A stretch of DNA of 64,000 bases from Dehalococcoidales bacterium (GTDB taxonomy: Bacteria; Chloroflexota; Dehalococcoidia; Dehalococcoidales; UBA5627). The translations under genes were made by a program, and so were the position numbers. The DNA lies in the NCBI GenBank assembly GCA_034429935.1, contig DAOUFJ010000023.1, forward strand, positions 9,517 through 73,516. The letters run 5' to 3'. Of the stretch, positions 1 to 8,989 are shown in pieces. Below the pieces are notes generated by a model. The model saw only the letters and a program-made list of their open reading frames with translations. It made no database searches and was not told the origin of the DNA. Position 1 is the stretch's first letter. Every line of letters starts with the position of its first letter.

Positions 1-32
1 ACCAATAAATAAATACTGAGTGCCTGTTTTTA

Positions 33-1280
33 TCAATTTGCATCGGTGACCTGGTATGCCCCTGCTAAATTATATAAATCGTCCAGATTTTTTATATCGG
101 AAGTTATTTTCAGGAATTCTGTAATGTTTGCGCTTTTCCATCTCAATTCCCACAACATATCTCCGATAGGGTCTACGGAGCCCGGGCTGCTGGCGTAGGT
201 TCCGTAAAAGGCGAAGTAAGCCTGGTTAAGTCGCCTGATGTAATAACCCTGCGATAATATGTACAACCTTTTTTCTTCCATGAAGGCTTCGGCTTGTTCA
301 ATCTCTCCGCTCGCGAGATAATTATCCACTGCTATGCGGATATTTCTCATTTCTTCGTAATAATCGAATCCTGTCCCCTCCGAGTAAACCTGTTCGCTTT
401 CTTCAAAATATTCGGCATAATAATTCTGGTAAATTATTGAAGCGATTTCATCGCTGGCTATTCCTGCTATGGTTTCATTTATGGTCGAAATGTCGCCATC
501 GTCATAGATTCCGAGCAGATTAAAAGCGTATAGAAATCCGGCAGGCTTGAAGAACAGGTATTGATGCAGCCACTCTTCTACGGCCGTGCTGATGGTAAAT
601 TCCAAACCTGAATTATTGGTAACAAATGACGGGAAGGTAGCCATCCCTCCGACCTGTAATACTATGGAAGAGTATCCCAGTTTATCTATTTCAGATTCGA
701 TATAATCGATTTCATCGATAGTTAAATCCTGCAACAGGATTACTTCTTTCATCCTTTCTATATGGTCTCTGGGGGAAATGACAAGCAGGTACGGAGGAGA
801 CTCGAGCGCAAAATTTATCGGTGGGAAATCGATATTTATATCGATAGTGTCGTTATAAAAATAGATGTTGAGTTCTTTCAGGGTTTCTCTTATCTGTTGT
901 TCCATTATGGTCTCTACGTTCCTTTTCAGGGAATCCCTTTGTTCCTTTAAAACTTCAAACCGTTCTTTTAAGGCATTCAGGTCTGCATCGCCGGGGTCAT
1001 CCTGCAAATATGATATTTGTGTTTCCAATCCTGAAATATCTCCGAGCAACGCAAAATAATCCACTACAATCCGGGAATCATCGGCTGTGTAATCTGCATT
1101 ATTGAAGATAACATCTTCCAGTTCATCGGTTAAGGTGTTCAGTTCCCATTCAACAATACTGAAGCGATAAGGGTTAATTATATCATCAATTATATTGTCG
1201 AAATCGTCCTGCTGCTGGCAGGAACTGCCGAAAATACTCGCTGCAAGGATAAGTACTGCTAAAAGTGGCCTGAATTTCAT
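33..1280 (-). CDS. Lipoprotein with gluzincin-like metallopeptidase motif variant (EExxH...NE)
   Basis: Start moved to the ATG at 1280 (MKFRPLLAVLILAASIFGSSC, signal peptide with lipobox Cys). Contains TAVEEWLHQYL followed by TINETIA, the HExxH...E spacing of gluzincins. Function is inferred. Confidence 0.6.
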   Translation of the reverse strand: MKFRPLLAVLILAASIFGSSCQQQDDFDNIIDDIINPYRFSIVEWELNTLTDELEDVIFNNADYTADDSRIVVDYFALLGDISGLETQISYLQDDPGDADLNALKERFEVLKEQRDSLKRNVETIMEQQIRETLKELNIYFYNDTIDINIDFPPINFALESPPYLLVISPRDHIERMKEVILLQDLTIDEIDYIESEIDKLGYSSIVLQVGGMATFPSFVTNNSGLEFTISTAVEEWLHQYLFFKPAGFLYAFNLLGIYDDGDISTINETIAGIASDEIASIIYQNYYAEYFEESEQVYSEGTGFDYYEEMRNIRIAVDNYLASGEIEQAEAFMEEKRLYILSQGYYIRRLNQAYFAFYGTYASSPGSVDPIGDMLWELRWKSANITEFLKITSDIKNLDDLYNLAGAYQVTDAN

Positions 1281-1397
1281 TTTAAAGCGCCTCGTTGGAA
1301 ACAAATGAATAAGTGCTATATAATTAAAGGAACCGTGTTTTCCTTATTATAACATCAAATTGCAGGCGCTACAGCGTTTTTATTCCGGTAAAATTAT

Positions 1398-2192
1398 ATG
1401 AAAGATTATTATAAAATTCTCGGTGTTTCAGAAAATGCCGACCAGCAGCAGATAAAAAGTGCATTCAGAAAGCTTGCATTTCAGTATCATCCCGATAAAA
1501 ATCCCGGCAACGAAAAGGAGGCGGAGGCCAAATTTAAGGAGATTAACGAGGCATTTGCCGTGCTGGGTGACGAGAACAAGAGGAAGCAATATGATATGGC
1601 GAGACAGGGGGCTTATGCGGGGGCAGGATACGAAGGCTTCAATTATTCGCAGCAGGATATTTTCAACGGAATGTTTACCAATCAGGCTTTCTATGAAGAG
1701 CTCAACCGCATATTCAGCCAGGCAGGGCTGAGGTTCGACCGTAATTTTTACGGGCAGACCTTTACCAACGGGAATACGATTTTCAGATTCTATACCAGTG
1801 CCGGAAATCAGAATGCCGGTTATTCCGATAGTCAGTTTGCATCGCAGGCAAGTTCTTATAAACCGAGCTGGCTGGAGCGAATGGCTTCAAAGGCGTTGAA
1901 CAAAATAACGCGTTATATCCTGAAAAAACTATTCGGCATCGAATCCAAACCTGCCCTGGATATTTATTCCAAACTTGAGATAATTCCTGAAGAAGCGTTA
2001 TCGGGGGCAGAAAAGGAAATTATTTATCAGCGGGGCAAGCGGAAAAAGAAATTGATTGTCAAAATCCCTGCCGGAACTGAAACAGGGACGAAAATCAGGT
2101 TAAAAGGCATGGGATTGGTACAGAGAAACAATGCCGGAGACCTTATCGTACATATAAATGTCAAAAAACAAGAGCCGCTTGGTTCAGGGTAA
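1398..2192 (+). CDS. DnaJ-domain (CbpA-like, class II/III) co-chaperone
   Basis: N-terminal J domain ([10 protein letters not shown]...YHPDKN, HPD motif), G/F-rich linker, one C-terminal DnaJ_C repeat (VKIPAG...IRLKGMG...GDL); no Zn-finger repeats. Confidence 0.85.
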   Translation: MKDYYKILGVSENADQQQIKSAFRKLAFQYHPDKNPGNEKEAEAKFKEINEAFAVLGDENKRKQYDMARQGAYAGAGYEGFNYSQQDIFNGMFTNQAFYEELNRIFSQAGLRFDRNFYGQTFTNGNTIFRFYTSAGNQNAGYSDSQFASQASSYKPSWLERMASKALNKITRYILKKLFGIESKPALDIYSKLEIIPEEALSGAEKEIIYQRGKRKKKLIVKIPAGTETGTKIRLKGMGLVQRNNAGDLIVHINVKKQEPLGSG

Positions 2193-2287
2193 TCTATTCC
2201 AACAATTCCTGTCGGTAATTTATAGTACATCTCTGTAATAAAAAGATAATTGCCTAAGTCCCTCATTATGGGGTAAAATGAAGTATT

Positions 2288-2360
2288 GCCCCTGTAGCTC
2301 AGTTGGATAGAGCACCAGCCTCCGGAGCTGGGGGCGAGAGTTCAAGTCTCTCCAGGGGCG
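2288..2360 (+). tRNA. tRNA-Arg(CCG)
   Basis: Cloverleaf: acceptor GCCCCTG/CAGGGGC, D arm GCTC/GAGC, anticodon arm CCAGC-CTCCGGA-GCTGG, T arm GAGAG-TTCAAGT-CTCTC. CCA is not encoded. Confidence 0.95.
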
Positions 2361-2388
2361 TTTATATTAAGTAAAAGGGGTTGTATAG

Positions 2389-2970
2389 ATGGAATTAAAA
2401 GAACCTATCGCAATCAGACTACACGGACGTGGCGGACAGGGGGCTGTGACGCTGGCTGAAATTGTGGCGCAGGCGGCAATCAGCGAAGGGAAATACGCTC
2501 AGGCATTTCCAAGTTTTGGCCCTGAAAGAAGAGGTGCCCCGGTTCAGGCTTATATCAGGATAGACGATAATAGGCCGATTCGAAACAGGGCAGGTGTTAT
2601 CTTTCCTGACATCGTCGTTGTACTCGACCCCGGATTATTGAACATAGTGAATGTTACCGCCGGTCTCAGGGAGGACGGAATGCTGGTGGTCAATACCCGC
2701 CAGACATTAGACAATATAGATATCAAACTCGGTGAAAAACAGGAGTTAGCCATCATAGATGCTACGAGCATTGCTCGTGAGATACTGGGAGCCCCGATTG
2801 TCAACACTACCATGATAGGCGCTCTCGTTAAAGCCAGGGGCGTCGTTAATGTAGAATCGCTGCTTGAGCCTTTAAAAAAGAGGTTTGGTCGATTGGCAGA
2901 AAAAAATATCAATGCTATGAAAAAAGCTTATGAAGAAACCTTGATTAAGGAGAAAAAAGCAATTGGGTAA
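2389..2970 (+). CDS. porG: Pyruvate/2-oxoacid:ferredoxin oxidoreductase gamma subunit
   Basis: HGRGGQGAVT and AFPSFGPERRGAPV motifs; first gene of a gamma-delta-alpha-beta operon. Confidence 0.93.
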   Translation: MELKEPIAIRLHGRGGQGAVTLAEIVAQAAISEGKYAQAFPSFGPERRGAPVQAYIRIDDNRPIRNRAGVIFPDIVVVLDPGLLNIVNVTAGLREDGMLVVNTRQTLDNIDIKLGEKQELAIIDATSIAREILGAPIVNTTMIGALVKARGVVNVESLLEPLKKRFGRLAEKNINAMKKAYEETLIKEKKAIG

Positions 2971-3253
2971 GTCAGAAAATGAGTTGACATGGAAGGACCT
3001 GGAAGTCGGTGGGATTGTCACCGAACCCGGTAACGCCAGCCAGTATAAGACCGGCGATTGGCGTTCCCAGAGGCCGACTTATGATTTCAGCAGATGTATC
3101 AAATGCGGTATGTGCCAGGTATTTTGCCCCGAGGGTTGTATAAATCAGAACGAAGAGGGTTATTTCGTAGCCGACCTCTTTTATTGCAAGGGGTGTGGTA
3201 TTTGTGCTCATGAATGCCCTACATTTGTAATAACCATGAAGGAGGAGGAATAA
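2963..3253 (+). CDS. porD: 2-oxoacid:ferredoxin oxidoreductase delta subunit (2x4Fe-4S)
   Basis: TGDWRSQRP, CIKCGMC...CP and CKGCGIC...CP; TTG start overlapping the porG stop. Confidence 0.93.
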   Translation: MGKSENELTWKDLEVGGIVTEPGNASQYKTGDWRSQRPTYDFSRCIKCGMCQVFCPEGCINQNEEGYFVADLFYCKGCGICAHECPTFVITMKEEE

Positions 3254-4434
3254 TGTCACAAAGGGTAGGTGTAGAAGTATCGATAGCCCTGGGCGATGCC
3301 GTAAAAATGGCTAACGCCGATGTCATTGCAGCATATCCGATTACTCCTCAAACTCATATAGTCGAGCATCTTGCAGAACTGGTGGCCGATGGCGAACTCG
3401 ATGCCGAGTATATTCCTGTTGAGTCGGAGCATTCGGCGATGAGTGCCTGCATGGGGTCTGCCGCTGCCGGTGCCAGAACTTTTACTGCTACAGCCGGACA
3501 GGGGCTGGAATTGATGCACGAGGCTCTCTATGTGGCTTCGGCTATGAGGCTGCCGATAGTTATGGCTGTTGCCAACCGCGCTTTATCGGCTCCGATAAGC
3601 GTTTGGGGCGACCACTCGGATGTTATGGCGTGCAGGGATACCGGATGGATTCAGATATTTACGGAAAACGGACAGGAAGTGGTCGATACTGCTTTGTGTG
3701 CCTTCCGTATTGCCGAAGATAAAAATGTTCTGCTTCCTACGATGGTTCATCTGGATGGATTCCATCTTTCGCATGTTATCGAGCCCATATTGATGCCCGA
3801 ACAGAGCCAGGTTGACGACTTTCTTCCTAAAAATCAATACCCGTTTGCATTGAATGCCGAGAAACCGGTGGCTATGGGTGATTTTGCTCCTCCTGCTATC
3901 TATACGGAGATGAAATGGGCGCAGGAAATGAACCTGCAAAAGTCAAAAGAGACCATATTAAAAACATGGAAAGAGTTTGCCGGTGTTTTCGGCAGGGAGT
4001 ATAAGCCTGTTGAGAGCTACCGTTGCGAAGATGCCAGAATCCTGCTGTTGACGATGGGGAGTTACAGCGAAACTGCAATGACAGCCATAGATAGAATGAG
4101 GGATAACGGCAACTGTGAAAATGTCGGTTTATTGAGGCTTCGCCTGTGGAGGCCGTTCCCTGCCGATGAATTGAGAGAGGCCGTCAAGAATGCCGATATT
4201 TTGATTGTTCTGGACAGGGCTTTATCGTTCGGTTCTGCAAGCGGGCCGGTTTGTATGGAAATTAAATCCGCTTTATATAATGAAGAAAAGAAACCCAGGA
4301 TAGTCAGCTTCGTCGGCGGTTTGGGTGGTCGAGATATAACCGTTATCGACTTTGAGAAAATTATTACCAATGGTATAGACATTGCCAGAAACGGCAGTGA
4401 ACAAGAATTTGAAATTTTCGGGGTGAGGGAATAA
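3253..4434 (+). CDS. porA: 2-oxoacid:ferredoxin oxidoreductase alpha subunit
   Basis: AYPITPQT, VESEHSAMS and TATAGQGL motifs; ATG at 3253 after a GGAGGAGG RBS, overlapping the porD stop. Confidence 0.93.
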   Translation: MSQRVGVEVSIALGDAVKMANADVIAAYPITPQTHIVEHLAELVADGELDAEYIPVESEHSAMSACMGSAAAGARTFTATAGQGLELMHEALYVASAMRLPIVMAVANRALSAPISVWGDHSDVMACRDTGWIQIFTENGQEVVDTALCAFRIAEDKNVLLPTMVHLDGFHLSHVIEPILMPEQSQVDDFLPKNQYPFALNAEKPVAMGDFAPPAIYTEMKWAQEMNLQKSKETILKTWKEFAGVFGREYKPVESYRCEDARILLLTMGSYSETAMTAIDRMRDNGNCENVGLLRLRLWRPFPADELREAVKNADILIVLDRALSFGSASGPVCMEIKSALYNEEKKPRIVSFVGGLGGRDITVIDFEKIITNGIDIARNGSEQEFEIFGVRE

Positions 4435-5390
4435 TGGAAAATTATACGGTTTATGTTCCCAAGTTAATAACCAAGAAAGAAAATTTAGCACCCGGGCACC
4501 GTGCCTGCATTGGTTGCGGCGAAGCCCTGGCGGTCAGGTTGGCTTTTAAAGCCATCGGGCAGAACGTCATTGTGGTTAACGCTACCGGCTGTGTGGAAAT
4601 ATTTACCTCCCAGCTTCCCTATACTTCGTGGCGTCTTCCCTGGATTCATACTCTTTTCGAAAATACTGCTGCGGTAGCTTCGGGAATCGAATCCGCCCGT
4701 AAAGCCATGGCGCGCAAGGGAATAATACAGGATACGAAAACCAAGATTGTGGCTATCGGTGGTGACGGCGGTACAATCGACATCGGTTTACAAGCACTGT
4801 CTGGCGCTATGGAAAGAGGCCATGATTTTCTTTATATCTGTTTCGATAACGAAGCATATATGAATACCGGAATCCAGCGGTCGTCGGCGACCCCGTTCGG
4901 CGCTTCTACAACGACGTCTCCTGCCGGGAAAGCCAGTATCGGGCAGTTCGCATGGAAAAAAGATATGCCCGCGATTGCTGCGGCTCATAATATCCCTTAC
5001 GTGGCTACTGCCAATCCCAGTTATCCGTTCGACCTGATGGAAAAAGTAAAGAAGGGGCTTGAAGTCAAAGGCCCCGCTTATATACAGGTATTATCGGCCT
5101 GCCCGACCGGTTGGGGATGTGCCGGAGACCTTTCGGTAAAAATCGGCCGATTGGCTGCCAAAACAGGCGTGTTTCCGTTGTATGAGGTGGAAAACGGCAA
5201 ATATAGAATAACCGTCGATTTCCCCAAATTGCTTCCTATTACCGAATATACGGGGTTGCAGAAGAGATTCCGTCATTTGACGCCTGAAATACTGGAACAG
5301 ATTCAACAGAAAGTTATCGAAAAATATGATGAGCTTAAGGAAAAAGCCGGTATGAGTGGATGTTGCTGCCAGGCAGGTTCGGAGGAGTAG
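4434..5390 (+). CDS. porB: 2-oxoacid:ferredoxin oxidoreductase beta subunit (TPP-binding)
   Basis: GHRACIGCG, GGDGG TPP motif, DNEAYMNTGIQRS, CPTGW. Confidence 0.93.
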   Translation: MENYTVYVPKLITKKENLAPGHRACIGCGEALAVRLAFKAIGQNVIVVNATGCVEIFTSQLPYTSWRLPWIHTLFENTAAVASGIESARKAMARKGIIQDTKTKIVAIGGDGGTIDIGLQALSGAMERGHDFLYICFDNEAYMNTGIQRSSATPFGASTTTSPAGKASIGQFAWKKDMPAIAAAHNIPYVATANPSYPFDLMEKVKKGLEVKGPAYIQVLSACPTGWGCAGDLSVKIGRLAAKTGVFPLYEVENGKYRITVDFPKLLPITEYTGLQKRFRHLTPEILEQIQQKVIEKYDELKEKAGMSGCCCQAGSEE

Positions 5391-5391
5391 C

Positions 5392-5766
5392 GTGAAAGAA
5401 ATTATTAACAATACCAAAGATAAATGCACCCTTTGCCGTAAATGTGTCGGTGTTTGCCGTAAAACAGTCGGGCGCGAGGCGATAGAATTCATCGAATCAG
5501 ATAACGGCGAGGCGTCTGTTGTATTCCATCAGGATAAATGTATAGCCTGCGGCTCCTGTTCATATATATGTTCCAGCGGAGCGATTATATTCGAGGATGT
5601 CGGTGATACCAGGGTGATAATCACTCCCAGCGGAAGAATGGAATTTAAATTAAGAAAGTGTCCCAAGTGCGGCTACTACTGGGCTCCCGAGCAGCAGATT
5701 AAATTTATGTCTGAAAAAGCTAATTTGCTGCTGAGTTCTTTTGAGCTGTGCCCTGATTGCCGTTAG
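5392..5766 (+). CDS. 4Fe-4S dicluster protein with C-terminal CxxC...CxxC
   Basis: GTG at 5392 after the GGAGGAG RBS at the porB end; CTLCRKCVGVC, CIACGSCSYIC, then CPKC...CPDC. Confidence 0.8.
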   Translation: MKEIINNTKDKCTLCRKCVGVCRKTVGREAIEFIESDNGEASVVFHQDKCIACGSCSYICSSGAIIFEDVGDTRVIITPSGRMEFKLRKCPKCGYYWAPEQQIKFMSEKANLLLSSFELCPDCR

Positions 5767-5823
5767 TACAACTGCCGTTTGTTGGCTTTGTGAGAGTGTG
5801 TTATACTTTTTAAGCTAAAATAA

Positions 5824-5896
5824 CGGGGTGTAGCGCAGTTGGTAGCGCGCAGCGTTTGGGACGCTGAGGTCGGAGGTTCGAGACCTCTCACCCCGA
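5824..5896 (+). tRNA. tRNA-Pro(TGG)
   Basis: Acceptor CGGGGTG/CACCCCG, anticodon arm CAGCG-TTTGGGA-CGCTG, T loop TTCGAGA. CCA is not encoded. Confidence 0.95.
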
Positions 5897-6016
5897 TTTT
5901 AGATACAGTTTGCAGGTTTGTACAGGTTTCTGACAATCTATTGCGCTGTTTCTTATCTTAGAGACATATTTTTTTATGTCTGGTTCTTCGGAATATCCCC
6001 GGATTAAAACAAAAAA

Positions 6017-6048
6017 GCTGCTGATTTTTTACCATTACAATCAGCAGC
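6017..6048. terminator. Hairpin, probable terminator between tRNA-Pro and the convergent modE-like gene
   Basis: GCTGCTGATT...AATCAGCAGC 10-bp inverted repeat, with an A-run on its left that gives a U-tract on the minus strand. Confidence 0.6.
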
Positions 6049-6083
6049 AGATTAATGAGTCCCTTTGGTTAAAGCGATTTACC

Positions 6084-6473
6084 CTAGCCGAATTTTTCTA
6101 AAAATTCCTGAAAGTGGGCACGCAGTTCCTTATACTCGTTGATAATTTTTTGCCCTTCCGCAGTGAGAATTGCCTGTCCGCCACCGGCTCCCCCCAGCAT
6201 CTTGATAACAAGCGGCTTGGGAGCAAGACGGTTCATATCTTCGACTTCGAGCCATGCATTGCGGTATCCCATTCCCATTTTACGTGCGGCAGCAGCAATG
6301 GAACCGAGCTTGTCGATTTGTTCCAGCAGTTCTACCCTGCCCCACCCCATGTAAACTTCGCCGCCTTTTTCAACCCACACCTTCCCCCTGGCTTTATATG
6401 AAGGTTCGGAAGAAGAAGACCCTTTTAATTCCACCTCGACAATGTCGTTATCTTTGTTGATTTTCTTTCTCAT
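6084..6473 (-). CDS. ModE-family winged-helix regulator (DNA-binding domain only)
   Basis: KVWVEKGGEVYMGWGRVELLEQIDKLGSIAAAARKMGMGYRNAW...GGAGGGQAILT matches the ModE N-terminal domain; no TOBE/Mop molybdate-binding domains. Confidence 0.85.
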   Translation of the reverse strand: MRKKINKDNDIVEVELKGSSSSEPSYKARGKVWVEKGGEVYMGWGRVELLEQIDKLGSIAAAARKMGMGYRNAWLEVEDMNRLAPKPLVIKMLGGAGGGQAILTAEGQKIINEYKELRAHFQEFLEKFG

Positions 6474-6650
6474 ATATAATCTCTCTTGATTATTTTAACC
6501 TGCGAAATGGATTATTGCAACCCCGCTTATATAATATAAGATTACTCTAAATAGATTATGTTTTCAATTATGTGGCTAAGTGTTATAATTATGTCGACTA
6601 GTTTACCCCTATTGATTCATATTATATTATTGAGATAATAGGAGAAGTAA

Positions 6651-7094
6651 ATGAAGTGTGCTTCTTGTGGAAAAGATATAGACAGGTCTCGTTTCCCCGC
6701 CAATATCGCGTTTTGTCCGTATTGCGGTGACGAATTGCACGGCGCTGACGAAGCGGATGCTATGCAGTTTTGTCCTTATTGCGGGGGAAAACTTGTGATA
6801 CGGGCGAATTTTTGTCCTCAATGCGGTAAAAAATTAATAATCTCTGGCAGAGCAGAAGCGACGCAAAATGTAGAAACCAAAGCATTTATCGAACAGGCGG
6901 CAAAGCCGATTATCAATACTATAAAGGAAAATATAGGCCCTGAGAGAAGAATGAGAAAACTTTATAAACAATGGGTGGAATTTTCCAATTTACCGCCGGA
7001 AGAAATACCGGAAATAAATAAAGATATCGAAGCAAGGAATAAACCTAAAGAGGAAGAGGTTTCAGGGAACGATTACCGGGATTACATTCAATAA
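6651..7094 (+). CDS. Double zinc-ribbon domain protein
   Basis: Four CxxC motifs (CASC, CPYC, CPYC, CPQC) in the N-terminal 60 aa; GGAG RBS upstream. Confidence 0.75.
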   Translation: MKCASCGKDIDRSRFPANIAFCPYCGDELHGADEADAMQFCPYCGGKLVIRANFCPQCGKKLIISGRAEATQNVETKAFIEQAAKPIINTIKENIGPERRMRKLYKQWVEFSNLPPEEIPEINKDIEARNKPKEEEVSGNDYRDYIQ

Positions 7095-7152
7095 TCATTG
7101 TCCTGCATAGTTGGTGTTTGTTAACTCGGGGACGTGAGAAATTTTTTACAGA

Positions 7153-7189
7153 AAAGGCAAAGCCTGATTTTTAATCAGGCTTTGCCTTT
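7153..7189. terminator. Bidirectional intrinsic terminator
   Basis: Perfect 17-bp inverted repeat AAAGGCAAAGCCTGATT-TTT-AATCAGGCTTTGCCTTT between convergent genes. Confidence 0.8.
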
Positions 7190-7250
7190 AACTTACCTAA
7201 CTTAATTCCCCGACCGTGAGGTCGAGGTAAGTTTATAATCAGAATATCTA

Positions 7251-8297
7251 TCAGGAAACATCTGCCGGAAAACCGCTTGTTCGATAGCAGTTCATATTTT
7301 TATCGATTAGAAGAGCTTCCGTTCCCGACATTTTCTCTATCATAGAGAGAGCTTCGTCCTTCCCCATGATTATACATGCTGTAGACAGGGCATCCGCGCC
7401 TATCGTATCTTTGGCGATTACAGTGGCGCTGGACAATTCCATTGGGGAAACTCCCGTTCTGGGGTCGATGATGAAGTTGTATAAATAATCCTCTGTAAAA
7501 TACGATTCGTAATCACCGGAGGTCGAAATAGCCCAGCTACCCGAGTTTATTATCGAAACATAATCATCGCTGTCTCCCCTGGGGTTCTTGATACCGATTT
7601 TCCACGGGGTTCCGTCATCTTTGGTTCCTGCCGGATATATCTCGCCGCCGCCGTTAATCAATACATTGTTCATATCCTCTTTGCCAAGCAGGTTGGCGGC
7701 TTTATCTACGATGTATCCAACAGCGATGCTATCCAGGGTAACAAGCGCCCCTGTTTTAACAAGAGTAATATCATTACCGCTTATATTAACATTTTTATAG
7801 TCGACAAGTGATTTGACTTCAGCTATGTCGCCCGTCGTTGGTGGAGCGTTGTATTTATTAAAGCTTTCCTGGTTGAGTTCGAGCAGCGGCAGGGTGGTTA
7901 TATCGAAAAGTCCGTTTGTCATCTCGGAATATTCCATCGACATGTTCACTATCGCCAGCATATCGTCTGAAGCCCCGATTAACTGTCCTGTCTGATTGAG
8001 ACTGTAAAGCTCGCTGGCGGAATCGAAGCGGCTGAAGACATTTGATAAGCGGCTTATCTCTTCAAAAGTAGACCTGACCATCGTACGCGCATTCTCCTGG
8101 TCGGTATCGACGGCTTTAATTGTGACGAATGTGCCCAGCATAACCTGTGTTTCCGAATAAACTTTTAAGTCGGATGCTACAGATTCTTTTTCGGGTGTTG
8201 CGAGCAGTTCTTTGATGCCGATGGCTCCCAGTGCCAAAACTCCCGCCCCTGCGGCTGTAATCTTGATAAAATCACGACGCGATAATTTTCTTTTCAT
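7251..8297 (-). CDS. apbE: ApbE-family (FAD:protein FMN transferase-like) protein with twin-arginine signal
   Basis: SRRDFIK Tat motif plus hydrophobic helix; ApbE motifs MLGTFV, SELYSLN, FDITT, WKIGIKNP, STSGDYE, IDPRTG, ADALSTA. Two catalytic positions are atypical (see findings). Confidence 0.85.
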   Translation of the reverse strand: MKRKLSRRDFIKITAAGAGVLALGAIGIKELLATPEKESVASDLKVYSETQVMLGTFVTIKAVDTDQENARTMVRSTFEEISRLSNVFSRFDSASELYSLNQTGQLIGASDDMLAIVNMSMEYSEMTNGLFDITTLPLLELNQESFNKYNAPPTTGDIAEVKSLVDYKNVNISGNDITLVKTGALVTLDSIAVGYIVDKAANLLGKEDMNNVLINGGGEIYPAGTKDDGTPWKIGIKNPRGDSDDYVSIINSGSWAISTSGDYESYFTEDYLYNFIIDPRTGVSPMELSSATVIAKDTIGADALSTACIIMGKDEALSMIEKMSGTEALLIDKNMNCYRTSGFPADVS

Positions 8298-8485
8298 TTA
8301 ATACGCTCCACATTAAAACCAGAGGGAACAAACTCTTTCCCCCTATTGAAGCTATTATAGCGTCATAATTGAATTTCATCAAGAAAAATAAATACAATTG
8401 CCAATTTATATTATTCCATTTCAAAACTTTGCCCTTTATCCTTAGTATTAGTATAATAAAGCTCAAATTAAATAAGGATAAAGAA

Positions 8486-8989
8486 ATGGGATATCAGGAA
8501 CATACTCATCATGTACCGGCTTGTGTCAACTGCTCTGTAATAATAATTTCCGGTTCGAGAACCGAACAGACGGATGAATCGGGCAAATATATAATGGAAA
8601 GTCTGAAAGAGGCCGGACATGCAGTTACTTCGTATTCGATTGTAAGAAATGATGCAGACGAGATTACCGGCAAAATCGGTGATATTTTTAAGGATAATAC
8701 CACACAGGTAATCATTACAAGTGGCGGAACGGGCGCCAGCCATATGGATATCACGATTGAAACTATATCCCCTATGCTGGAAAAGAAGATGGATGGTTTC
8801 GGGGAGCTTTTCCGGAACCTGACTTATCAGGAAATCGGTACCGGCAGCATCCTGAGCAGGGCGATGGCCGGAGTCGTAAAGGGGAAGATTATTATTTCTC
8901 TTCCCGGTTCCCTGGAGGCGGTTAAACTGGCAATGGGAAAGATAATTATTCCTGAAGTAGCACATCTTGTAAGGGAGGCGACCAGATGA
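8486..8989 (+). CDS. moaB: Molybdopterin adenylyltransferase MoaB/MogA family
   Basis: Start moved to ATG 8486; DESG, TSGGTG...DIT, GFGELFR, LSRA, SLPGS motifs. Confidence 0.9.
   Translation: MGYQEHTHHVPACVNCSVIIISGSRTEQTDESGKYIMESLKEAGHAVTSYSIVRNDADEITGKIGDIFKDNTTQVIITSGGTGASHMDITIETISPMLEKKMDGFGELFRNLTYQEIGTGSILSRAMAGVVKGKIIISLPGSLEAVKLAMGKIIIPEVAHLVREATR

Noticed and set aside
2288-5896. Genomic island integrated at a tRNA
   Set aside because: No duplicated tRNA 3' end and no integrase; the enclosed genes are core metabolism.
6084-8297. Reductive dehalogenase-related locus, suggested by the Tat signal and likely taxonomy
   Set aside because: No RdhA/RdhB motifs anywhere in the window; the Tat protein has an ApbE fold.
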